In this document: positions 9,592 through 19,600 of the stretch, in pieces
How the letters are laid out: every line of letters starts with the position of its first letter
Numbering within the stretch: position 1 is the first letter of the stretch
DNA from: a virus
IMG/VR virus record: IMGVR_UViG_3300028388_005362
Span: 1-64,000 of that record
Reading direction: 5' to 3' (one strand)
Length of the DNA stretch: 64,000 bases
Notes under the pieces: model-generated
Seen by the model: only the letters and a program-made list of their open reading frames with translations
Told to the model about the DNA's origin: nothing
Database searches by the model: none
Position numbers and translations under genes: made by a program

Positions 9592-10401
9592 ATGTCCTCA
9601 AGAATCATCGAAATTTATCGCAGACCTAACAACACGCGTCTACCAGAAGAGGTATACGCAGGAAGTAATCGTAAAATCGGTTCCTTTTTTGGCCCCAACG
9701 GCTCATTGGTAACCGGACTTACGCCTGAGGAAGAAGAAGCAATTCTTCCTGTTTTGACCGGAGTTCCTTACGACCACCCAACTTTCTTGCAAGCCAAACA
9801 GACTTACTACAATGAGATTTCAATCAAGGTGAGTTTGGAAGGTGTAAAGCTGGAAGTGGGCGTGGACAAGCACGGTCGCCCCATAGACCCAAAAGGCTAT
9901 GTGGATTTCAAATATGCCGAGCAACACCCTTGGGTAGCTCCCAATGAAAAAGAGCTGTCCAATCCTGACTACAAGTTCTTCATCAAAGACTCTCAAGCAG
10001 AACTTGCCAAGGAAACCAAGCAGATTCAGTCACGCAAGCAGGCATACAAAGAGTTCATCAAGATCTCAGATGACACCAAGAAGGTTGACCTTATCATTAC
10101 TCTTTTGGGAGAAACTCCTTCCAAGATGGGTGCTGAATCCAAGGAGATCTTCCTGGAAAACTTTGTCAATACCAACCCGACAGAATTCTACAACGTTGCA
10201 ACTGACAAGCGATTAGAGATGAAGGCGTTCGTGCTGGATTGTATCTCCGCTGAAGTATTGCAGCGCGTGGGAACTGTTATTCTGGACGGGGACGAGCAAC
10301 TCGGAGACACTGTCGAAGAAGCCGCTCTTCGCCTGGAAGACAAAGCCAACTCTGACATTCTTACACGTCTGAAAGCCAGACTGCAACAATACAACAAGTA
10401 A
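9592..10401 (+). CDS. Conserved crAss-like protein downstream of MCP
   Basis: 269 aa with RKIGSFF..GLTPEEE; syntenic position after MCP. Confidence 0.7.
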   Translation: MSSRIIEIYRRPNNTRLPEEVYAGSNRKIGSFFGPNGSLVTGLTPEEEEAILPVLTGVPYDHPTFLQAKQTYYNEISIKVSLEGVKLEVGVDKHGRPIDPKGYVDFKYAEQHPWVAPNEKELSNPDYKFFIKDSQAELAKETKQIQSRKQAYKEFIKISDDTKKVDLIITLLGETPSKMGAESKEIFLENFVNTNPTEFYNVATDKRLEMKAFVLDCISAEVLQRVGTVILDGDEQLGDTVEEAALRLEDKANSDILTRLKARLQQYNK

Positions 10402-10432
10402 GTAAGTGCCCCCTCACCAGGGGGCTTACTTT
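10402..10432 (+). terminator. Rho-independent terminator
   Basis: GTAAG-T-GCCCCCT-CACC-AGGGGGC-TTAC-TTT. Confidence 0.7.
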
Positions 10433-10451
10433 AACACCAAGCAAACACACC

Positions 10452-10772
10452 ATGGAAGAGACATTGAAACTTTATCTGGACGCTAAGTTCGACCATATTT
10501 CAGCAGAGAATCAAGCCATACAAAAAAGGCTGGATACGCTCAACGGTAACGTAGCTCGACATGAGCTTGCTATCGGGGAGTTAAGGGTCAAACAGGCAGC
10601 TATTCACGAAGACTGCCCGGCAACCAAAAAAGTAGAGGATGTCAGAGATAAGGTAGAACGCCTGGACTTCATCCGCAGAAACTGGAAGGTATTCCTGTTC
10701 GGTGGGGTGGGCTTTCTACTGCTCACATACGGAGGACTCTTCCTGGCACTTGCTAAATTCTTCAAAGCATGA
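10452..10772 (+). CDS. Membrane protein (coiled coil plus C-terminal TM), holin/antiholin candidate
   Basis: C-terminal hydrophobic helix VFLFGGVGFLLLTYGGLFLAL; first gene of the lysis cassette. Confidence 0.55.
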   Translation: MEETLKLYLDAKFDHISAENQAIQKRLDTLNGNVARHELAIGELRVKQAAIHEDCPATKKVEDVRDKVERLDFIRRNWKVFLFGGVGFLLLTYGGLFLALAKFFKA

Positions 10773-11026
10773 TCAACGTTCTGACCACCATATTCGGCTT
10801 TATCATCATTACTGCCTCGGTGGTTAGTGTATTCATGTTGCCCAAGGTCAACTGGGGAGATTCCATGTGGGCCGTTCTGGGCGGGGTCATGCTCATATAC
10901 GTCAAAAACAATGCGGCAACGCAGTTAATCACGAAGATATTCGAGAAATATGACCCGAATAAGCAAACACATATCGTACAACGAGGCGATTCGCAGTCGT
11001 ACAGCGAAGAAGAAGGGGTGGGGTAA
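10769..11026 (+). CDS. Putative holin (2 TM)
   Basis: Two hydrophobic segments and a charged tail; overlaps the endolysin gene. Confidence 0.6.
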   Translation: MINVLTTIFGFIIITASVVSVFMLPKVNWGDSMWAVLGGVMLIYVKNNAATQLITKIFEKYDPNKQTHIVQRGDSQSYSEEEGVG

Positions 11027-11438
11027 CCATCCCGGAGCCAGGGAGCTGGAAAACATGCGGGTTTGGGCCGAATATATTTTCGAGCCTATCAGGGCATACT
11101 TCGGTGTGCCTATTGGCATTTCATCCTTCTTCAGGTCATCCCGGCTCAATAAAGCCATAGGCGGAAGCAAGACTTCCCAACATGTCAAGGGTCAGGCCGG
11201 GGACATCGATGCAGACATGTTCCCTAACCCCAAGGTGACCAACGCCAAGATATTTGAGTTCATCCGCAAGCATCTCGAATTCGACCAGCTTATCTGGGAG
11301 TACGGGAATAGCAATGAGCCCGCCTGGGTGCATGTGTCCTATGTTAAAAACGGAAGGAATAGAGGAATGGTTCTGCGTGCCATTCGAGTTAGAAATCGCT
11401 TCGGCAAAAAAGTAACACGATATGTACCATTCGGATGA
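10950..11438 (+). CDS. Endolysin, peptidase M15 family
   Basis: ISSFFRS..LNKAIGGSKTSQHVKGQAGDI...FDQLIWE...WVHVSY. Confidence 0.9.
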   Translation: MTRISKHISYNEAIRSRTAKKKGWGNHPGARELENMRVWAEYIFEPIRAYFGVPIGISSFFRSSRLNKAIGGSKTSQHVKGQAGDIDADMFPNPKVTNAKIFEFIRKHLEFDQLIWEYGNSNEPAWVHVSYVKNGRNRGMVLRAIRVRNRFGKKVTRYVPFG

Positions 11439-11955
11439 TAATAACAATTGGTATCTATATTGGTTGCTGTACTTTGCTCTTGTGGTCGCCTTGATGGCAT
11501 CTTCCTGCAAAAGCAAACAGGTTATCGTGGCTCCTGAGACCACAACTACCATTACTGAGACCATCACTCAACGGGATACTGTTGTGCCCGTACAGCTGGA
11601 AAAAAGCAGCATAAGCGAGAGAATATCCCCGCAGATAATCAGCGGAAAGATAGACTTCAAAACCCGTACTCTGGTCGGGAAATACTCAACGGCTACCATA
11701 TCTGCTTTGGAGGGAGATATACTGGTTGAGCTTGAGAGTCTGGATTCTACCATTGATGTGACCATTAACAATGCGATCACCGAGCGTATGCGTACTGTGG
11801 AGACCGATTCAACCCTTGTGGTTGAAGTCAACCGGTTGACCTGGTGGCAAGAGACCACCTCTAAGGTGGGTAACTGGACACTTATTATAATAGGTGCATT
11901 CCTTGTGTTGGTGGTGCTGAAAATCTTACTGAAAATCAACATTCCATTCTTATGA
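11422..11955 (+). CDS. Putative unimolecular spanin (lipoprotein with C-terminal TM)
   Basis: Signal peptide with lipobox-like LMASSC, beta-rich middle and C-terminal TM WTLIIIGAFLVLVVL; directly after the endolysin. Confidence 0.6.
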   Translation: MYHSDDNNNWYLYWLLYFALVVALMASSCKSKQVIVAPETTTTITETITQRDTVVPVQLEKSSISERISPQIISGKIDFKTRTLVGKYSTATISALEGDILVELESLDSTIDVTINNAITERMRTVETDSTLVVEVNRLTWWQETTSKVGNWTLIIIGAFLVLVVLKILLKINIPFL

Positions 11956-12674
11956 GCCCCAAGGAATTTCATATAGCCATCAATACCGGGTTGCAACAAT
12001 TCAACACCGATGTGTATGAGGTCTACAAGCCCCAGGAGTTAGACCTTGTCATCAACAAAATGATTGAGCGGTTTGTCAAACAACGCTTCTATTTCGGGTC
12101 CAACCCCAAAGGAAAGGGCTTTGAACAGAACCAGAAAAGGTACTCTGACCTACATACCTTGGTCAAGACCAAAGCGGTTGCTGTTCCTGAAGGTGCAGAC
12201 AAGAACGAGTATGCCAAGTACGACGAGACTGCATTTGACTTGCCAGAGGATTACTTGTTCTACGTTGGAGGAATCGTAGAGGCGAAGATAGATCCTTTTG
12301 GGGAAGAGCCCACTGAGTCTTCTCCCGTATCCCAGATACCTGTCATGCTGGTGGAGCATGAAAAACTGGACTATTTGATGCGGAATCCTTTCACGATTAA
12401 GGACCATAATGCGTCCATGGGAACCATCGAGGAGTCGCAAATGAGAATTTTTATCCACAAAAGGTCCCTATTAAAACGACTGGTGGTCACCTACGTTTGC
12501 AAACCAAATAAACTTGACGTACTTTTGTATGAGACAGACAATCAGCAGGGGTTGTGCGACCTTCCCGAGCACACCCATTCAGAAATAGTAGATCTTACCA
12601 TAGAGCACATTTTAGAGATTTTACAGTCAAACAGGTTACAACAGAAAGGATTGGATGTCCTGAAACAGGAATAA
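11952..12674 (+). CDS. Head-tail ring protein
   Basis: GFEQNQKRYSDLHTLV, LPEDYLFYV and CDLPEHTHSEIVDL are crAss ring-protein motifs. Confidence 0.75.
   Translation: MSPKEFHIAINTGLQQFNTDVYEVYKPQELDLVINKMIERFVKQRFYFGSNPKGKGFEQNQKRYSDLHTLVKTKAVAVPEGADKNEYAKYDETAFDLPEDYLFYVGGIVEAKIDPFGEEPTESSPVSQIPVMLVEHEKLDYLMRNPFTIKDHNASMGTIEESQMRIFIHKRSLLKRLVVTYVCKPNKLDVLLYETDNQQGLCDLPEHTHSEIVDLTIEHILEILQSNRLQQKGLDVLKQE
12492..12499 (+). promoter_or_regulatory. Candidate internal Bacteroidota -7 promoter element
   Basis: TACGTTTG(C) about 200 nt upstream of the 12694 gene. Confidence 0.35.
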
Positions 12675-12693
12675 ACCTTAAAACCTTTTTGAT

Positions 12694-13569
12694 ATGTCTA
12701 AACAACTGTTTATCCCCACTGGCTTGGAAGTTGCAGGTACTGCTATTTCAGCCATGACTGCTGGCAGGGCAGGTTTCTATGATGGAGACGCTGACAACCT
12801 GGTAGATGACCTGGATCTTGTATCCAGAAAGGCTCCTCTTCAAATCGTATGGAAAAAATCCGACGGTTCTATTGAGAGTTCAAATATTTTCACCATTGAG
12901 GACATTGTATCCGTTTCCAAAGCGGGCTATGATGCCGGTACTGCTCAGGTAGTTACCATCACTCCAGCTCTTCCTGCCACTCAGGCAAAAGGAGACATCT
13001 ACACCCTTAAAGTGATCATCACCACTCCAGGTACTGCAGTCATGCAGAAGAAGACCTATGAGGTGATTAACACAACTGGTGTTGATTTCACTGCTACCAC
13101 TTTGGGTAACGCTTTCCGTTCACTCATCAATGCTGACAGCGAGATTCCTGTGACTGCCACTGGCACGACCACTCTGATTCTGACTGCTGACATCGACGAG
13201 AACTTCCGCGTGGCTACTGATGACAACATGGCTGCTGCCGGTGTTGTTTACACAACCAACATGGACCTGAGCTTCGGTACCCCCGCGAAGATCAAAGACC
13301 TGGAAGCTGAATGCGAATCTTACGGACAAGGAATCACCAACAAAGTTGGTTTCCCAGTGAAACGTCCTGATTCTGAAGTAGGTTCTGGAAACTACGATGT
13401 GTACATCGTTGCATTGGAGCTTAAAGGCAAGAATGTTGATTCTGCCAATCCTTCCAAGTATGAAGACCTGACTCTCTACATTGCCGAACCTACAGGGGCT
13501 GGCGTAGTTGGAGCAGAGCTTGAGAAACTCTTCCTTGGAATAATTGACATCGCTGACGACGGCGTATAG
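12694..13569 (+). CDS. Virion structural protein (auxiliary capsid/vertex-like)
   Basis: 291 aa, Thr/Ala-rich; follows the ring protein and precedes a terminator, as in crAss-like head modules. Confidence 0.6.
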   Translation: MSKQLFIPTGLEVAGTAISAMTAGRAGFYDGDADNLVDDLDLVSRKAPLQIVWKKSDGSIESSNIFTIEDIVSVSKAGYDAGTAQVVTITPALPATQAKGDIYTLKVIITTPGTAVMQKKTYEVINTTGVDFTATTLGNAFRSLINADSEIPVTATGTTTLILTADIDENFRVATDDNMAAAGVVYTTNMDLSFGTPAKIKDLEAECESYGQGITNKVGFPVKRPDSEVGSGNYDVYIVALELKGKNVDSANPSKYEDLTLYIAEPTGAGVVGAELEKLFLGIIDIADDGV

Positions 13570-13580
13570 CCAACTGATTA

Positions 13581-13617
13581 AAAGGGGGTGCTCACTTAGT
13601 ACCCCCTTCTTTCTTTT
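13581..13617 (+). terminator. Rho-independent terminator
   Basis: AAGGGGGTGCT-CACTT-AGTACCCCCTT followed by a T-rich tail. Confidence 0.8.
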
Positions 13618-13648
13618 CCCCAAAAAACACTACTAAAAATAATCTGAA

Positions 13649-16600
13649 ATGGCCTGGTCAGTAGCCCTTAATTCCCCCGCAAACAATGCTGTTGATGTAG
13701 ATCTGCAGCCAACCTTTACCTGGACAAAGTCACAAAGTCAAGCCGGTGGGGGTGCACCTATATTTATAAACGTATATGAACAGCCAGGCTCTCCGGGTAT
13801 TCCTGCCACTGAAACGGTTGGGGGTGTATTCTGGACCTCTGTTCCCGCAGGTACTGGTGGAAACGCTATCACCAACGTCAAAGACGGGGATGGAAATGCC
13901 ACTACCGTCGATGTTGAAATGCGAACGGGCTGGGATTATGGAGGTATCAATTCAGCCAATGTCACTACCCCTTCCACAGGGCCTTTTGCTTCTGATTCTA
14001 TTGCCAAGAGTTTCGGACAGGATTATGGCGGTGGAGCTTTCATTGATTTAGCCGGACTGGAGCCTAATGGTTCCTATACCATATATGTACTGGCGGCAGG
14101 TGCTGCCGGAAGCGGAAATATCTTTGACATTCATAATGAAGTGGAGGCCGCTACTGCGGGTATCCAGAACTATGATGCTCATGGGGTTACAGTTCCTGAG
14201 ACATACCAAGAACTGCCAAACTTCACTACCACTGCGGATGGTGCAGGTGACCTTGCCATAGAATTCAACGGACAGTTCTGGGCGATGGTTAACGCTATTG
14301 TTATAGAACCTGCTTCTACGCCTGACCCTGAGCCATCCTCAGTATTGAGAGTTTCTTTGAGCTCTAACCTTTCTGCACCGGCTGTTGAGAAGACCCTTGC
14401 CACAGCAGAGACCTACACTCTTCTTGCAGGAGAGGCGCTCGCTGAGAATGATGGATACTTCTGGGGTGTATCTCTGGATGGAGGATCTACATTCGACACC
14501 ATACGTTCCTTTACTACCTTGTCAAACAACCCATTGACTGCTCCGGTATTGACTGGTCCTGCCGATGGAGCCACAGAGGTTCTTAGAACTCCTACATTTT
14601 CCTGGGTTCCTACAGACGCAGCGACCTTGTTCGACCTGGAAGTGTCTCTCAACTCTGACTTCTCTGGGACTTTAGGTGTTGACCGATGGCTCATTGAAAA
14701 CCACAATACCAATTCGTATACTTGGGTAACAGAGTTTGCCAAAGAAGAAACTGTTTACTGGAGAGTCCGCTCAACTGACAATATAGAATACAATTCTCCA
14801 TGGTCTACTTCTCGCAGCTTTACTACTCGTTACGGCGTTCCTGATGCCCCTGTTTTGAGCTCACCCGGTGACGGGGCAAGCGGTGTATCGCTGTCTAACA
14901 CGTTCAGCTGGACTAATGGGGGTGGAGCCACAGAATACGATATTTATATTGACACAGATAGCAACTTTTCTTCTCCTGCAGTAGCCACCGCGTTGGGAAC
15001 TACCTCGTACACTGCCCAAGTTGGAGACATGGATAATTCCAGGGTATACTTCTGGAAGGTTGTTGCCCGTAATGCCTACGGAACGGCTGAAAGTGCTGTC
15101 CGTGGATTCACTTCGGCTGCCCCAAATGTACCTAACCCTCCGGGATTACAATCCCCAAAAAATGGTGCGGTTGACCAATATGTACGTCCGGAGTTTGATT
15201 GGATTGCTTCTCCGGGGGCTACCAAATACAATATTGAAATAGCGGACAATCCTTCGTTTACGAACGCTATAACTTACAATGACCACATCTCAACAAGTAT
15301 CACCATAAACGAATACCTGGAAACAGGAACGTTATATTATTGGAGAGTTGCTGCGGGTAATGCTAACGGCTATGGATCATTCTCCTCAGCCAATACTTTC
15401 ACAACTCAGGCGGTACAACAGACCAATACTCCGGTTTTGGTTTCTCCTGCAAACAATGCAACGGATCAGCCTCTGCAACCCACCTTTGACTGGGATTGGA
15501 CTGCTCCTCAGGCTGGCGGTGGAACCAATTACGGACCTTTACCTGAAGCAAGCACTCGGAACATCTCCAGTATTGTGATCGACTTCTCTTCTGCACCTTC
15601 GTATGTCAATGTGGGACTTGCCCCACTGAAGTACAACAAGACCGGTGTAGTGACAGCGGCTATCGATGACAGTGAAAGGGACGCCTACACCTCAGCTTTC
15701 CAGACAGCGCAAAGCACATTCTTTACCGATGGTTGTGGAAATGATATTCCATTCTCCTTTGCTTTGGCGCATTACATTATAGGATACCAAAACAAAGACG
15801 TTCACTCCCATCCGGATTACTCCTTTAAGTATACCTGGGCGGAGATGGCTGAGATGGCTGTCAAGGGAACAATTCCTGCTAACCACGGTCTATCCGATGC
15901 AGGAGATAATCTGGCATTGGCTGATGCTTATACCAAATGGAAACTTTCCCGCTCACAGCACTTTCCTTCAGGTTTGGTCCGTGGATTCGACCAGAAGTGG
16001 TATGTAGGAACCAATGGAGCGGATGTATCTGCCCAGGCTCTTGCTAACGGGGCTTACGGATGTGATGCTGCCAACTACGGCTCTCAGGGAAGAACATTTG
16101 CAACTGGTGGGGAGAATCTATACAACTCCATCACCCCAGAGACTTTCTTTGCCAAAACCTATCGTCGTTTTGAAGTTCAGTACGATGATGCAGTCAATGC
16201 GATCAATGCTGCGGGAGCCACTACCCGTCCATGGTTGAACTATGGGTTCCATGGGGGAGCGGCCTTATCTTCTCTCATCAACACTGTGGCTTCTGCTCAC
16301 GGTAAGAGTGGAAGTGATAAAGTCTGGTTCTGTTCACAGCAGGAACTTATCGAGTATATGTTCATTCGCGAGTACCTCAGAGTTCCTCATACCGTTAACG
16401 GAAATCAGGTGACTATCACAGTTGACCAGTCTTCTGTACCCGGTGACCTGATGTTCTACGCCGCTACTCTTTTGGTGGATACAGATGCCAACATTTCCAA
16501 CATCACTATAAACGGCGGTATCAACACCGGAATTAAAAAGAACTCGTACAAAATTACCGGGCAGGACGCTATGATTAACCTGGAGTGGAACGGAAACGAT

Positions 16601-19600
16601 TACACTGCTCGTGAGACCATGGCTTCTGATAAGGTGACTATCGCTGAGGGAAATAATACACAGGAGAACCGCGAGATTGCACAGGCGTATGTCAACCTGG
16701 TACCTTCAGGCTCTGCACGTACCACACTGGATGGTAGAATGGCTGCCTTAGGCTCAACGACCTACGTTGCCAGTGAAGACCCTGGTAATATCGATGAGGC
16801 TGCTGGAGTGGTATGGGACCCTGAGAATCTGACCATGAAGTTTGAGCTTCGGGTTTATCCTGATGGGGGAGACATCAACAGCCCAACTGTTGAAGTCACT
16901 GATATTGTAGGAACAGCACACAACCTAACATCTAACTTGGCTGACCGAACCGATTATGACTGGTCTGTTCGAGCCAAGAACGAGGTGTTTGAGTCTGCCT
17001 GGGCAAACGCACGCAACTTTACCACGGTATTTGGTCCACCAGATGCTCCGACACTTGTAGATCCTACTGACGGAGCTGGAGGTGTATCCACCAACCCCTT
17101 ACTTCAGTGGGCTGCTTCTGGCGAAGTGGACGGTTTTGTTCTTCAGTTGACATCCAATTTCGTCGGTCAGACTCCTCAATGGACCGGTCTGGTTGTAGAT
17201 GAAAATGAAACTACTCTGTTAGGCAATGCACGGGATTACCAGGTAACCGGATTGAGCTTCAATACTCAGTACGCCTGGAGGATTATGGCAAAGAACTCTT
17301 ACGGGGATTCTGCCTATGCCGTAGGTACCTTCACCACCGGTAGTGTCCCTGCCCCGGATGCACCAACACCTTTGTCTCCAGCCAACGGTTCGGCAGACAT
17401 CGCAGTCAATGCGGCTTTGAACTGGAACTCTGCTCTAAGAGCATCCTATTACAGGGTAAGAATAATCGACCACAATACCGGACAAACAGTAGTGGAGACC
17501 ACTCAACTGCCCGGTACTACATATTCACTGGGAAGTACAACAGGTATCAATTACGATACGACCTATCGCTGGCAGGTGCTGGCAGGTAATGATACAGGGG
17601 AATCCCCATGGTCTTCTACCTGGTACTTCACCACATCGTCCCGTCCGCTTCCGGGACAGACAGTTCTGATTTCTCCTTCCAACAACGCTTCTGCACAAGA
17701 AGTTCAGCCCACTTTCACATGGGCATCTGACGCCAACGCAGAGGATTATACCTTGGAGGTTTCCACAGACAATCTGGACTTCGACGCCAATATAGTCTAC
17801 ACTGTAGATACTGCAGGAACTTCTCATCAGGTATCAACCCAGTTGAACTACCTGACTACATATTATTGGAGGGTCAAAGCCCGTAACTCATCAGGATATG
17901 GGCCTGCCTCTACCATTCGTACCTTTACTGTAAAGGCTATTCCAGTTCCTGGACAGCCTACCCTACTGACACCTGCTCAGTTCTCAACTGACCTTTCAGC
18001 TCTTCCGAACTTCACTTGGGTAGACGAGCCGTTGAGCGATTCTTACATCCTTCAGGTCAAGAAGATCACTGAGAGTTGGGCAACAGCCAAGAGCTTTACC
18101 CCAGGTGCAGCTACCTATACCATTCAGCAAGCCGACGCTCTGGACTTCTCTGAGGAGTACCAATGGAGAGTAGCCGGTGTGAATGCTTCAGGTACGGGAA
18201 CCTATTCCACCATACGTAACTTCACTGTACAGTCCATTCCTGCTCCTGGAACGCCTACACAGCAGGCTCCGTCTGGAAATGGCATTGCCGTCCGTCCTTC
18301 ATTCACCTGGGATACTGTTCAATATGCAGACCAGTACGAGCTTGAGTTGTGGGAAGAAGGTAAAACCAAAGCAACACTCATCCCTGACTGTAACGCTGGA
18401 TGTACAGAGTATGCTTTGCTGTACGACTTGAAGTACGATACGAACTACTACTGGAGAATGCGTGCGGGCAACTCTACCGGTTGGAGTCCTTGGGGGCCTG
18501 ACCAACTCTTCCGCGTGGGTACTCCTCCTGTATTGAGTGCGCCTGTACACGAAACTCCGGTTGATGGATCTACGAATATGCCGAATCAGCCTTCTGTTTC
18601 CTGGGCCCACGCAGAAAGCGTAGACGAATTTGAGGTGGAATTTGCCACAGATGCAGGGTTCACCAATGTATTTGAGTCCGCTACCCTTAATGAGAGTCAG
18701 CGTATCTACCAGATTCAGACTGTTCTTTCTTACTCTACCACCTATTATTGGAGAGTACGTGCCGCCAAATTCTACAACTCAGGAGACTACCGCCATTTGA
18801 GTGCATACTCTAATGGATGGAGCTTCACTGTTGAAGATCCACCGGTGCCTGGCACACCTACCATCAGCTATCCTACCGGAATCGATAGCCCTCGCCAGCC
18901 ATTGGTACAGTGGAATGACACGGTGGATACGGACACATGGGATATTGACATTGCCGATGATGCAGGTTTCTCCAACATCATCTATACAGCTACTGGTCTG
19001 ACTGCCTCCCAGTATCAGATACCAGCCAAACTGGCTTACAATACGACCTACTATATAAGAGTTCGCTCTGTTAACTCATTCGGAACAAGCGTATGGGCAG
19101 AGGAGAGCTTCACAACTATTGAGCTTCTGGCTCCCGGTACCCCAACAATCAACACGCCATCAAACGGTGATGTGGGTGTATCCAGGGATGTGACTGTGAG
19201 CTGGACACTGGCTTCGTCTTCTGATGAATACGAACTCCAGATCTCCACGGACAACGCTTTTACAGCCCCTGTTGTATATGACAATCTGGGTTCTCTGGAT
19301 TATACCTTCAGCAATCTTACCTATCTGGACACCTATTATGTAAGGGTTCGTGGTAAGAACGAAGCCTACCAGGGAAGTTGGTCTGCTGTGGTCGGGTTCA
19401 CTGTGGAAGAGCCACCAACCCCGGGAAAACCAAACTTGTTAGCTCCTGCAGATAACGACGAGAATGTTTCCCGCTCGGTTACTTTCCAATGGAGTCAGGT
19501 GGTCAATACCGATACCTTCCTGGTGGAGATAGCCACAGACGGTTCGATGAGTAACATCGTATACACCCGAAACGTGGGAAGCGATGTACAGCAACTGGCT

